This document shows, piece by piece, positions 1 to 11,773 of a stretch of DNA of 64,000 nt (the stretch's first letter is position 1; the number at the start of each line of letters is the position of its first letter). A model generated the notes under the pieces. It saw only the letters and a list, made by a program, of their open reading frames with translations, made no database searches and was not told where the DNA came from. Source of the DNA: Hypanus sabinus. Its lineage: Eukaryota. The stretch covers positions 1-64,000 of the forward strand of contig NW_026781548.1 in the NCBI RefSeq assembly GCF_030144855.1. Direction: 5' to 3'. A program made the translations under genes and the position numbers.

Positions 1-2006
1 CAGTAAAAATGTTTTAAAATCTTGTCCACAGTTTTCCTTACCCCTTGATGTCCACCTAAAGGCACACTATGAGCTAAAGTCAAAATCTCATTTCGATAAG
101 CTTTTGGAACAACTACCTGGTAAACAACATTCCAATCCTCACTTGCAGGAATTGTAGGCGATCTCCACTTCCTCATCAACACTCCTTTTTCCAAGTAATA
201 TCCTACTGGCACCTTATCAATTTCACTATCTAGTAAAACCTGCTCTTTTAATTTTATAATCTCAGAGTCTCTATTCTGCTCTGCTATCATCTCCTTCCTA
301 GACAAAGATAAATCTTTATAGTCAGACTTACTCCCAGAATCTTGTTCAAACAACGAAGATAAGAAAGTCTCTGACACATCCTCAAAACTCGAATCCTGGG
401 TTGAACAGTCCTGAATAACAACCTCATTCTGCGCATCAATCTTTTTAGCCATAGCTCTAGTCACAACACAGGAAGAATCTGTGTTAGAATTCAACTCTGG
501 TTCCTCTGACTCCATTGTCAAATGCACTTCAGGAAAAACTTGTCCACCTGCCAAGTCAATACCTAACAATAAAGAAATACCCTTCACAGTTAAGCTATGC
601 TGTAATCCTACTTTAACAAATCCAGTAACTAATCCCGATTTTAAATTTACTTTATGTAAATGTACAGGCATAAAATCACTTCCAACACCTCTTATGTAAT
701 TTACCTCACCAGGATCAGACTCTTCATCAAACTTCAACACACTGTCTAACATTAATGATTGAGAAGCACCAGTATCCCTAAGGATTTTTATTGGCACCAG
801 AGTAGATCCTTCCTTCAAGGATACAAACCCTTCAGTTACAAAATGATCATATCCCTTTCTAACTTGGTCAGACTCTAACAAAGCCTCATTTGTTTTTATC
901 AAACCCTGTAACTTTACAGGTGCTGCAGTATGTTGCACACAAGCATCTGGAACTGCTTCCTTCTCTTTCTTTTTCAATTTGTAACAGTTAGCTATTACAT
1001 GGTCAGGCTTCTTACAATAGTTACAAGTAAGACCAAACTGTCTTTCCTTCACAGGCTTTCCTTTCTCATCAACTTTCTCATTAACCTCCGATTTAATTTC
1101 AGATTTACCTGGAGTCTCTGTGTTATTTTTCCACTTAAAAATTCTGCCCTGAGGAAATTTGTTCTTATGGATCAAAACATACTCATCAGCTAATCTAGCA
1201 CAGTCCTGCAATTTATCATTTAAGTAGGTCCTTACTTCAACAGGAATGCTTCTTTTAAATTCCTCCATTAAAATCAGCTCTCTCAATGTATCATAGTCCC
1301 CATTTACATTTTTAGAAGAAACCCATCTCTCAAAACACATAGCTTTATCATAGGCAAATTCCACATAAGTTTTTTCCACAGACTTTTTCAAACTTCTGAA
1401 TCTTTCCCTATATGCTTCTGGGACTAACTCATATGCGTTTAAGATATGCCTCTTTACAATATCATAATCAAGAGCTTGCGCAGCTGTTAAAGCTGAGTAA
1501 ACTTGTTGTGCTTTGCCTTTAATTACACTCTGTAACAACACTGACCATTTATCTTTCGGCCACTCTGACATCCGAGCAATAGTTTCAAAATGTTGAAAAT
1601 ACCTTTCCACTTCTGTTTCACTAAATGGAGGGACCAATTTAATTTCTTGACTAGCAACAAACGTTTTTTTAGAACCAGAAGACTGATTCCCAGACTTTAA
1701 TTCCTCCATTGCATATGCAAATTCTCTCTGCTTTTGTTCCATCTCCAATTTACACCTCTCCAATTTCATTTGTTCGATTTGCAACTGCATCTCCAGATTA
1801 CTTATTGGAAACGACTCTAAAATCGATTCATCAAAAACACCCGAATCCACATAGTATGACGCGATTTTTCTCTGTATCACAGCCTTAGAAGTAGTCTGCA
1901 AAATACCTTCAAGTCGCAATCTACTAGCTATCTCAAACACCTCAGTTTTTTTCGCCTTCGCCAACACCTCCGCAGCTGGCGAAGCCAGAAACTCATCAAT
2001 ATTCAT
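1..2006 (-). mobile_element. Gmr1-like (Ty3/gypsy) LTR retrotransposon gag-protease-integrase ORF; 668 codons, open to the window edge
   Basis: Hand translation from ATG 2006: MNIDEFLASP...ASQEIKLVPPFSETEVERYFQHFE...PEAYRERFR...FERW...LRELILMEEFK (SCAN-like gag), CCHC knuckle CNYCKKPDHVIANC (984-1025), protease ILRDTGASQSL (DTG 768-776), then integrase Zn-binding start AHSVPLGGHQGVRKTVDKILKHFY (1-75). No stop codon before position 1, which probably explains its absence from the ORF track. Confidence 0.92.
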
Positions 2007-2107
2007 TGCTGCCGAATACCACAACAAGCCAAACAAAAGAACCGAGTAATCCCCGTTTCCAAAACACCGATTAAAAAGTCAGCAAGCATTTAAACTCAAA
2101 AGTTTCA

Positions 2108-2125
2108 ATCCAGACGCAGCCCCCA
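2108..2125 (-). other. Primer-binding site of the LTR element (tRNA-Pro-like)
   Basis: Minus strand TGGGGGCTGCGTCTGGAT, 7 nt inside the LTR end, resembles the canonical tRNA-Pro PBS TGGGGGCTCGTCCGGGAT. Confidence 0.75.
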
Positions 2126-2132
2126 TATTTAA

Positions 2133-2968
2133 TGTTACGTATTCAGGCAACAATAAATATATGAGATCGGCAAGGGTTTCTTATAACAAACAACACGTTT
2201 ATTAAACACAGAAAACAAACCCCCCAAAAGTAAACAAACACTACCGTAACCGGAAACAGCTGCTGAGCGGCAGCCCATACAGTTCGTAAAGTGATATTCC
2301 AAAAAACAGTTCTTTAAAGTGGTATTGCCAAAAGTTCGATATGCTCACAGTCCATTTAAAAGGAGAGACTTTATAGGACGATTTAGATTCTCTTTCACGT
2401 CGCTTGCTTCGATCCCCGACATCGAACTTCCCACGAAGAATTCACGAAACAGAACGGCTTAAACGCACTGACCTTTCCTTCTCCACTACCTCCAATCCTT
2501 TCTAGGTAAACCTAGGGATTAACACGAAGATAGTCAACGAAATCCTTCCAAATAAGGATCAAACAAAGGTCGCCCCCGTTTCACCGTAGAAAGTGATTCT
2601 CCTCGATCTTTAACTTCCAACTTCGAATCTTCACTCTCCTCTAATTTCCTCGAACTAACAGAATCATAAAGAACCTGCTGGCAATAACCTTTTAAACTTT
2701 AGGCATTAAATAAAAAGTTCATCCTTCAACTAAACTCTTAAAACACGCAGTGGCATGAAGTCAACCTGGCAAATCCAGCCACAAACTGCCCCTCCTCACA
2801 GGGTGGGGTCTACCTTTTATAACCTGTAAAAAAAAACGTCACATGATCTCTACTGGCGGGAAAATGACATCATTCCACCATCACAAGACCATCACCTCAA
2901 GTCCAGTACAGCTTCAACCCCAGTCACATGACAAGGGCTCCACTGTCATGTGTCACGAGTACGTAACA
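2133..2968 (-). mobile_element. 5' LTR (836 bp) of the Gmr1-like element
   Basis: Termini TGTTACGTA...TACGTAACA (9-bp inverted repeat, TG..CA); minus-strand TATAAAA near 2816-2822 and AATAAA at 2198-2203; followed by the PBS and gag. Confidence 0.88.
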
Positions 2969-3152
2969 GTAGTTCGTAACTGAACCTTGTCAATAGAATA
3001 GAAGAGACAATCTATTGCCTGGCCGGGACGCTGCCTGTACCAATACATGCGTGTATAGGCGGTTTTCAGCAGCGTACACGAGACGCTGGCCGTCTCACCC
3101 TCTCCGACTGACAAGGAGGAAGGCGACTGCTCGACGATCGCGGCCAGAATCC
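2969..3152 (-). pseudogene. TCR V segment V1 (TRBV-like), V exon truncated by LTR insertion
   Basis: Translates GILAAIVEQSPSSLSVGEGETASVSCTLLKTAYTRMYWYRQRPGQAIDCLFYS; close paralog of V3. Acceptor AG mutated to AT, 1-nt deletion near the end, sequence cut at the LTR boundary. Confidence 0.9.
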
Positions 3153-3701
3153 ATGTAACACAGAAAATCGTTTAGTCTCCAATTTCCCTCCGTTGTTGAC
3201 CAGCTCGAGGTCTCCAGAGAGAAGGAAAGGGTTGACTTTACCGAAATATTCTGTCCACTCTCTGGTTATCCGAAATTTCACACTGTTCTGCGCCGTGAAA
3301 TAGGGGCAATGCACCATCCCGACACACACATACTCTAACTCAGACAAAAGGGGATTCTTCGAACAGCAGTGAGGAAGCGGGGGACAATAGGTCGTCTAGC
3401 ATAATCTAATTTGGTCCAGGTTCAATTTTGGCGCACAGTCCCCACGCACCCTCGGAGTAATCCCGATACCCCCTTCCGAGCTTAGCGAAACCGAAGGAGA
3501 CGAGCAATTTTAGTCGGGTCTGTTCGACCAGCGCGGCAAGGATTTATCAGTGGGAAGGCGCTTTCACATTCAGCTCATGAGTAGCAAGGCAGGCATCAAA
3601 CCTTCGGCCTCATGTCGAGAAGATCTGCCAAGCCCAGCCACGTGCGATGCTGAAGCAAGTCGTTCAACACCCTTTCCCGGAGATCTGTGATTTGTACTTA
3701 C

Positions 3702-3750
3702 CTGGGATCATCGTCACGATCAGCGGGAGGCAAACAACCCTCCGCACCAT
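3702..3750 (-). pseudogene. Leader exon of V1
   Basis: ATG...MVRRVVCLPLIVTMIP + G|GTAAGT; 49 nt, phase-1 donor typical of V leader exons. Confidence 0.85.
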
Positions 3751-3860
3751 CTTCTACAGGATGAGAATATTTCCTCTATGTGAAGGTCAGAGCCAGTTCT
3801 CAGGGATGTCTCTCTGTGTGGTCTGATAAAGGAACGAGATTTTACTTGTTGTAGTGGCGA

Positions 3861-3870
3861 TGAAGTCACT
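3861..3870 (-). promoter_or_regulatory. TRBV promoter decamer-like (CRE-like) element
   Basis: AGTGACTTCA ~110 nt upstream of the V1 ATG; one mismatch to the mammalian V-beta decamer AGTGAYRTCA. Confidence 0.5.
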
Positions 3871-4150
3871 TGTACTACGGTGAACGCTTTCGGACTGACG
3901 ATGATGCCCGAGGTGAGTTCATGCAATGCAGATACGTTCGGTCGATTTGAAGTTGGGAGGCGCACATCCATGGGAAGCCGGATTTAAATGATTGGCCAAT
4001 GTTCCCGAGGACAGGGATTCTGAAACCATAATAGAGCTTCAACCGTGTTTTGCTTCGATTGCAGAAACTAAACGCCACTTCATCATACCCTCAAAATAAG
4101 TGGCCTGTTTGAGAAACGGTAGGAAAGGTCAGGAGAAGATTAGAGGCCCT

Positions 4151-4409
4151 ACTCTTGGCGCAGAAATAGATGGCGGGGTGAGTGTGCGAGACAGTGCTGC
4201 TGGTTTCCGTGGTCGTGTAGGTCTCAGATGTGTAGCTGTTGATTAGACCTCTCCCGGCGGAATAGAGGAGAGTTACTTCTGCCTGCACGGGTCGCTGTCT
4301 GTACGAATACAAAATGGTGCAGCCCGTGTTCCGCATTGATCTGTGGTTGACTGTCCCATTACAATCGGCAGAGAAGTCGGCGACTGCTCCACGTGCACGG
4401 CCGGAATAG
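4151..4409 (-). pseudogene. TCR V segment V2 (same family as V1/V3), degenerate
   Basis: IPAVHVEQSPTSLPIVMGQSTTDQCG / frameshift / YSYRQRPVQAEVTLLYSAGRGLINSYTS...PAIYFCAKS; W41 lost, FR3 deletion, no acceptor, no RSS after the C-terminus. Confidence 0.85.
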
Positions 4410-5295
4410 ATTCGATTCTAATTCCAAAGAAGGCATGGCAACGTCTAAGCCTTTTGGGATTTGGCTGGGACATTAGTGGTGGATGCGGCCCAGTCCACCA
4501 GAGGCCCGTCTGATCAATGATCATATCCACATGGGAGCATGGAATGACGAGAAAACATCCTCCATCGTTAAGGATACTCGCCATGTCGGCCAACCTCTCT
4601 TCTCGCTGCTGCTATCGGGACTTGGTAGAGGAACCTCGGGACCCAGACGACCGCGTTGACGAATAATGTTACAGTCTTTCAACCAACACAGTCCTTTACC
4701 ACTCTTTAGTAAATTCACTGATCACGACATTGAACAGGACTCACTTTCTGCACCTCGTGTATTCAATGTATTGTTTTGAAAGTCTAGCAGTTATTTATAT
4801 ATTTATTTATCGTTCTTTACATATATAATTTGTTTTATATTTACTTATCGGTCTATTTATTTACTTATTTATATATTTCTCTATTTCTCTATCTACCTGC
4901 TTATTTCTGAATTATTAATTTCTGTTTGTTTGCCCGTTTATCTTTATAACGCTGCTTCAATTTTCTATCATTCTGTGTAATTATTTCCCCCATTTATTCT
5001 ATTGTTCTTATTTATTATACTGTGAGTACCTGACTCAAATCGAATCTCGGGGTATCATGTGGAAAGCTGCACTTCCGTTGATAATAAATTAACTTTCTTT
5101 GTTTCTTTCCTTCTGTCTGTCTCTCTCCTTCTCATTCATTCAATCTTCTTTCCATTTTCTTTCACTTTCCGACTTCCTTTCTTCTTTTCCGCCAGTTTCT
5201 TCCTTCATCTCGCCGTCCATGTATCTATTCGCTCAATCTATCAATCTATCTCTCTATCGTTCGGCTGTATCACTGTTTGTTCACCTCCCCACTTT

Positions 5296-5298
<3 letters not shown>

Positions 5299-5370
<72 letters not shown>
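5299..5370. repeat. (CT)36 microsatellite
   Basis: Perfect CT dinucleotide run. Confidence 0.97.
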
Positions 5371-5375
<5 letters not shown>

Positions 5376-5701
5376 CTTGAACTACTCATTACATGTTGAC
5401 GTAATTCTTGTTAACTGCAATAGAAATAGCTAAAGCGCTCAAGGACGTGGAAGGAACTGCCGCATCATTTCCAAGGGATAGGGTGGTAGAGTTTGAGCGT
5501 TGGTTGCCACGCCGTCCTATTCGACAGCGCAATGGTTGAATTGCAGTGTATCCGGTACTGCTAACAGGACAAGAAATCTTGCGAAGGATAGTCGCTGCCC
5601 GATGATAGGACAGTTTTCACGACCCGACATCTCAGACTCCCGTCAGAATGCAGCTGTTCTGCCGACAAACGGATCTGCACATTAGGTACTTCATGGTCCA
5701 A

Positions 5702-5717
5702 CAGCGCCCCCTGCAGC
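5702..5717 (-). promoter_or_regulatory. Candidate CTCF-binding element
   Basis: Minus strand GCTGCAGGGGGCGCTG versus consensus CCACCAGGGGGCGCTA; ~0.9 kb downstream of the V3 RSS. Confidence 0.6.
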
Positions 5718-6609
5718 AGACTCGGGATCATTGGCGGAATATGAATATAGACAAAGTAGGCCATATTAATATGCAGCCTTCAGTCTACCTGCATTCTACA
5801 GACTGTCGCTAGTAGCCGATGGTAATGCTATGGATCTTTGCAATCGTGAGTGGACGGCTCTTACGTATCATCTAAGGTAGGGTTGAGGAGCGCGGCTTCA
5901 TGTGTTCACCCGTGACAATTTGTTTTACCGCTCAATTTCATGCCATCTGCAATGTAGTAGGAAAACTCCAGCGGGTCAGTCAGCAGCTATGGCGGATACC
6001 GCTGCTGGTATTGACACCGACTTGTTATTGTCACCTCTAACAAGATGCAGTCACAAGCTTGTTCACAGATATAAAGTCAGTACGCGGTTCACAGATGTAA
6101 AATAGGAAACATCAATAAAGTTTAAGAGCTACAGAAAGAAAGCGGAACAGGTGCACAGTACCACAATGAGGCTCATCGTGATGTCAGCGGTCCACGTCAA
6201 TGTGCCATCTTCCCGTAATAATGTGCCACTCGAGAGTTGAATAACAGCGGGAGAACAGGCTGCCCTTGCGACAGTTAGTATGCACATTCAGATCATTGAG
6301 TCCTCCGCCCGACTGGAGGCTGGCGACTGCGCTCCTCTGACAGAATGAAATGTTAGACAGGGGATGATTCCAAGATCGACTGAGCTGTGTGGACGTTTAT
6401 TTTTCTGGAGTTTCCTGCTGGTAACTGTAAAGCACTTGCCATATCAAGTAGAATTCTTGTCTCTGTGATATCGGGGGTTACTGGAGCAGGAGGAGAAAGC
6501 AGGACAAGTGTTGCCGGTTCGAGACAGAATAAGTGGCTGTCAAACACCATCCTGTGCTGCCACCTAGTGGTGTAACATGAACTCTGAACATCCTTGTGAT
6601 AAACAGGAA

Positions 6610-6648
6610 GGTTTTTGTACTGAGAGACCCTTTACATCAAGCTCTGTG
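6610..6648 (-). other. RSS-23 of V3
   Basis: Heptamer CACAGAG (6642-6648), 23-nt spacer, perfect nonamer ACAAAAACC (6610-6618). Confidence 0.95.
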
Positions 6649-6942
6649 CGCTACTACAAGCGCAGAAGTAGACGGCGGAGTGGAAGGACGGTGCCCGCCT
6701 CAGTTCCAGTTTAAACAGAGAGTCGCTGGATCTGGTCGCCGCGTAGGAATCAGATGTGTAGTTCATAGCTGAACCTTGCCCAGCAGAATAGAAGAGAACA
6801 TCAATTGCCCGGCCGGATCGCTGTCTGTACCAGAACATATTTGTATACACCCTATTCAGCAGCGTACACGACAGAGTGGCCGGCTCTCCCTCTGCGACTG
6901 ACAGGGAGGAAGGCGATTGCTCCACGTAGGCGGTCAGAATCC
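6649..6942 (-). CDS. TCR V segment V3, V exon (probably TRBV, potentially functional)
   Basis: ag|GG ATT...: GILTAYVEQSPSSLSVAEGEPATLSCTLLNRVYTNMFWYRQRSGRAIDVLFYSAGQGSAMNYTSDSYAATRSSDSLFKLELRRAPSFHSAVYFCACSS; both Cys and W41 intact, open frame, followed by an RSS-23. The leader exon probably lies in the N gap. Confidence 0.93.
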
Positions 6943-7170
6943 CTGTCGGACAGAAATCAGATTAGACTCCAATTTCTCTCAATTGATCATCAAAGGTCGC
7001 GGAAGCAAGACAGATGGAAGAGTTTGGTGTTATCGACAGACCATGGCCACTCTCCGATTAACCCGGAGATTCGGATTCGCACTGTTGTGCGATGTGTAAT
7101 AGGCGTGATGTCCGATCCTCACCCAATGAGCATGGCCGAATGGTGGGTCGGACTCGATGGGCTGAATAGT

Positions 7171-7337
7171 NNNNNNNNNNNNNNNNNNNNNNNNNNNNNN
7201 NNNNNNNNNNNNNNNNNNNNNNNNNNNNNNNNNNNNNNNNNNNNNNNNNNNNNNNNNNNNNNNNNNNNNNNNNNNNNNNNNNNNNNNNNNNNNNNNNNNN
7301 NNNNNNNNNNNNNNNNNNNNNNNNNNNNNNNNNNNNN
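7171..7337. other. Assembly gap (167 N)
   Basis: Run of N. Confidence 1.
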
Positions 7338-8117
7338 TCACTGACACGCAAACACAATGTCTGCGGAGAAGTGGCTTGTATTCCCGAAAGACACCGGCCG
7401 CTCTGAGATCAACACAACGAACTGCTGTGAGATGAGGCAGCCAAACGCACGAAAGCGCTGACGCACATTTATTCGAACTCGGGCAAAACCTGATCCATCT
7501 CACCGTATTGAGGAACCGGGGTAAAATGCCGTTTAACAAGCACTCATTTGTTCTGAGTTCAATTCCCCTTGCATCCTACAAGAAACCCCTGATATCCTCT
7601 CAGAGCTTCGTGGCAGAACTGAAGGACCCCACAGGTGGTAACTCTGACAAGCGCGTTACATATTTATCTGTCATGAAACACTTTGTCATTTGTTGAACGG
7701 GATACATCAAATCATTGGCCTCTTGGGGAGAAAATCTACCAAGAAGAACCACGTTCGATACTGCACCTCGCCGTTCCACAAAGGGCATTTTACACCCCCT
7801 GACCCCAGACCTGCGATTTTAACTTACGCGGGATCACCGCCGCGATCAGCGGAATGCACAGTCTGGCCGTCAGCATCATTTACAGCGCGAGGATACCTCC
7901 GCTGTGTGGAATCGAGTGATGTTCCCTTTCGGCTCATGGGGAAGTCTATCTGCGTGGCCTGAGAAAGCAATTCTCCCATTGGCTCCGTGACAATCGTGTC
8001 ACTTCCGCAAATATATTTGCCTCTTTGGAGCGGTTGACAGTGCTGACAAGCTGTGATGAGACCCGAGTTCCACGCATGCGCTACAGGCAAGTCTGGATGA
8101 TTCCAAGCTGGGAGGAA

Positions 8118-8590
8118 ATAACAATAGACAATAGACAATAGGTGCAGAAGTTGACCATTCGGCCCTTCGAGCCTGCACCGCCATTCTGAGATAATGGCTG
8201 ATCATCTACTATAAATACCCGGTTCCTGTTTTGTCCCCATATCCCTTGATTCCCCTATCCATAAGATACCTATCTAGCTCCTTCTTGAAAGCATCCATAG
8301 AATTGGCCTCCACTGCCTTCCGATGTAGTTCATTCCACAGCCCCACAACTCTCTGGGAGAAGACGTTTTTCCTTAACTCTGTCCGAAATGACCTACACCT
8401 TATTCTTAAAACATGCCCTCTGGTACTGGACTCTCCCAGCATCTGGAACATATTTCCTGCCTCCGTGTTGTCCAATCCATTAATAATCTTATAAGTTGCA
8501 ATCTCCTTAATTCCAGCGTGTACAAGTGCAGTCTCTCTAACCTCTCTGCGTAAAACAGTCCGGACATCCCAGGAATAACCATGGGAATTA
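8118..8590 (-). mobile_element. CR1-clade LINE 3' fragment with (CTATTGT)n-like tail
   Basis: ORF 8209-8637: YKIINGLDNTEAGNMF...STRGH...FSQRVVGLWN...FKKELDRYL...GIKGYG (CR1 RT C-terminus), plus 3' UTR and short tandem tail. Confidence 0.9.
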
Positions 8591-9223
8591 GGTTCCAAAT
8601 TTACAAATTTACAAATTGTTTGTTCATGTTTTTTCATTGGCTCTATTGATATATTTTAACGCATCTGCTGTAAATGCCCGGAATTTAATCTCAGGGTAGC
8701 TTGTGGTGCCACGAGTCTGGAGTTAAACAGAGTACCCGGACCATTCGGACCATAATTGGGTAGGTTGTGATGTGGAGAGTCCACATTATTGCAGCCTCCT
8801 CTCGTAGAAACGGCCTGTTGGAGAGTCGGAAGTCAAACGGGAGGGAAGCTGCTCGAGTGGTGCCTGGGATCTTTCATTACGCTGGTTGTTTTAAGGAAGT
8901 GGATGTGCGAGGGCGGCAGAAGAAAAGGGCCAGACAGGCAGTGGCTACTTTTCTGGTACAGGAGGCATCGGAAACAAAGTCCACCTTTTTGTCAAGTGGT
9001 CACAGTTTCGCTGTACTGAGGGATCGATCCGGGCTGGGCCGGACGGTTCAGGAACCGGATGGGTGAAGGGAAGTCGCTGCCCCTGAACGATTTGGTGTAG
9101 GGACTTCAGCTTCTCTTCCTCCTGCCCGGTGGGAGGTGCGGGGTGAAGACACAGACCGGATGGTGCTGGTGCTGGTGGGAGGGGGGGGGGGGTTCTTTCA
9201 TGGTGTTCTTTGCCTTCCTGAGT

Positions 9224-9239
9224 CAGCTCCCCCTGTGGA
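9224..9239 (-). promoter_or_regulatory. Candidate CTCF-binding element
   Basis: Minus strand TCCACAGGGGGAGCTG; same orientation as the other V-region motifs. Confidence 0.45.
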
Positions 9240-10394
9240 TACTCAAACAACCACACATTTCAAGAGTAGAGGTCAGAAGATCTGCACGAATGTCGAAGCT
9301 TGACGTGGATGGGCGGCAGAAGGCCTCCATATTGTCCTTTTAAAACTTTTTTTTCGTTTTCGTTACAGAAGACCCTGCGGGACATTAATATTTCCGGAAA
9401 ACCAGGTCTACCCCATGAGCGTGTAGCCCTTGACAGAGAATCTGGACGTGGTACGGCCTGTGTCAGAGAGGCGCCGGAGGTATCGGTGCCCGAAGGAGAT
9501 GTGCAGTCTAACAGTGACTGATCACAGTAATCGCTTTCTTGTGTCCTGTAGGAAAATGCTAACGTGGAAGGCAGCAAAATTGGATTCGCGGATTTGTCAG
9601 CCGACCGTAGGAGCGAACAGCGTGGAAGGTACGTGGCCTCGGTAGGACAATAGACTCGGCCTGAAGCCACGGTGACGCCCGTTGACTCCCGACCGGCAGA
9701 GAAGTGTCGGAGTCCGTAAGCTCCACCGCAGTCAGTGTGGTGCGGCGTCGAGGTTTCAGTCGGTGCTGCCCCCCAGCGTCCACCCGGCAGACAAAACGTT
9801 GTATTGTGTCGGACAGCAGGTTCCATGAACAGGTGACTGTTAGAATATATATTTCAGGTGACCGGATTTCACCCTGTGTTTTGTGTGATTGATGGTACTG
9901 TGGCTGTCATCCTGGCCCCGGTGTTATACTGTCGCGTTTGGCTCTAATAATGGGGATCGATATATGTTTCAGTAACAATTAAAATTAAGCTTCGACGCGA
10001 AATTCACCTTGACATGCCTATGAAAGTAAAGTCAACGTCCATGGTCCAGGAAACCGGGCAGCAGAGAGGCGGCTTATTGTCGGATAAATATACCACTTCA
10101 CGCATATGAGCCCGTATGATGACAGAGAGAACTCTTATTGCATGCGTAACTCTGGGCATTCAGTGGCTGTCGCGATAAAACACCGCCAGCTGGATAAACG
10201 AGACGGCGGCAACACGAGCCAGTTACAGCCTGTAATGAGCTCTCCGGACCTGTGCGGGGAGCCAGAGAGCGTCGTGCTCCGAGGTATTTATCTGGACGTA
10301 AAGCACAGAAAAGCTGCTTCCGACCAAACCGAGTCGTGTCGCCCTGTAACCAGTCTACTTTAACACTTCCCTACTCACAGGACAATGAACCTAC

Positions 10395-10490
10395 TAACCG
10401 GTACTTTGATCTTTTGAGTGGAAACCGGAACACCCGGAGGAAACCCAAGTCCTCAAGTGAAGGACGGAGAAACCTTTCCACGCACGCGCA
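10395..10490. mobile_element. Short SINE-like fragment
   Basis: GGAAACCGGAACACCCGGAGGAAACCCA resembles a core common in fish and shark SINEs. Confidence 0.45.
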
Positions 10491-11132
10491 CACTTATATC
10501 TTCTTTCTCCCTTCCCTCAACAGCGAGCAGCATCAATCGACATGGATGTTGCCATCCATCCCAGGTTATGTTCGTTGGAGTTGGGCTGGAGATACGGGAG
10601 CCTTAGATCCTGCACCAGCAGGTTCAGGAACGATCATTTCCTTTTCGCCATCAGATTCTCGTATCAGTGTATGGTAAGTTCTCTGATCGCAACACTGCAC
10701 CCGATCTCAGTATTATTTATTCATTTATCTAGAATGTATCTATCAATCTTTATATTTATCTATCAGTATCTATTTAACTATACATTCAGTTATTTGTTGT
10801 ATTTACATAGCCTTTCTTCTTTCGGCCATTACCTGTTCTTTTTTTTTATTTATTCTATTGCATTTCACTATCACAGACATGGGAGGTGTTACTGAGACAT
10901 AGACTAGGGGACGGATAGTGGGCGGGGGGTCTGAATGTCGAATATCACGTTTTTCTCATTGAAAAGGTAACGGTTATCCGGGAAACTATGACGAAATGCC
11001 TGCCTGTCATGAAGCCCTGTGAATGGAATCCACGAACCCGATGTTAGTAAATGATTCAGGACGCCAGCTTCAGCGAGAGGCTTTCAAAACGCAGGTGCTA
11101 TTCCGACCGAGGATTCTGCATTCGCAGTTCAG

Positions 11133-11148
11133 CAGCTCCCCCTGCGGC
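11133..11148 (-). promoter_or_regulatory. Candidate CTCF-binding element
   Basis: Minus strand GCCGCAGGGGGAGCTG; shares the flank GCAGACTCGG(G)ATCAT with the 5702 element; ~0.3 kb downstream of the V4 RSS. Confidence 0.6.
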
Positions 11149-11439
11149 AGACTCGGATCATCCTCAGGATCAGAAAGGAGACAAAGAAGGACATGCTGAC
11201 ATTAAAGTTAACCAGCAACCTGTTTGCAATTTGGCGAGGCAGCCAGAACAACTCACGAGAAAACAAAGGGGGCTTGCCACTGTAAGTGGATCCTAAGTAT
11301 CTGAAAATACTGGAATAATCGGCTGCCTCGGCATCATGCTGCTTGCCGTTTTTGTCGTGCCGCTGTCTGAATTTTCCCTTTCAGACTGTGAACTATTCGC
11401 TTTCAATGTGAATTAATGTCGCCACCAACTGCCCTGTTA

Positions 11440-11477
11440 AGTGTTTCTCGGGTCCTCCATCGTCGTCAGTCGCTGTG
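11440..11477 (-). other. Degenerate RSS of V4
   Basis: Heptamer CACAGCG (11471-11477), 22-nt spacer, nonamer AGAAACACT (6/9 match). Confidence 0.75.
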
Positions 11478-11773
11478 CAGACTGAGAGAGCTGAAATATG
11501 TGGCCGTGTGGTTCAGCTGCAGGCGAGAGGCGCTTAGACTGAAGGCGGCGTCACTCGGCAGGTTGGCGGTGAACTACTCTACCTCCGTGTCCGGGATCAC
11601 GTTTGGAGCAGCCGTGGAGTAGAATAGGTTCTGCGGCTCCTTCCCCGGGTACTTTCTGTACCAGTATAGTTGATAAGTTCTGCCGTCCTCAATGATGCAT
11701 TGGAGTGTCACCGCCTCGCCGAGAGACTGAGAAACAGCGGAGGGGGTATGGCGCGTAATCTCCGAACTCGCAT
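11478..11773 (-). pseudogene. TCR V segment V4 (TRBV-like pseudogene)
   Basis: ccag|AT GCG...: DASSEITRHTPSAVSQSLGEAVTLQCIIEDGRTYQLYWYRKYPGKEPQNLFYSTAAPNVIPDTEVE*FTANLPSDAAFSLSASRLQLNHTATYFSSLSL; in-frame TAG and second Cys replaced by Ser. Confidence 0.92.

Noticed and set aside
5059-5433. Leu/Ser-rich ORFs at 5059-5433 and 11805-12144
   Set aside because: Products of the CT microsatellite and a pyrimidine-rich intron.
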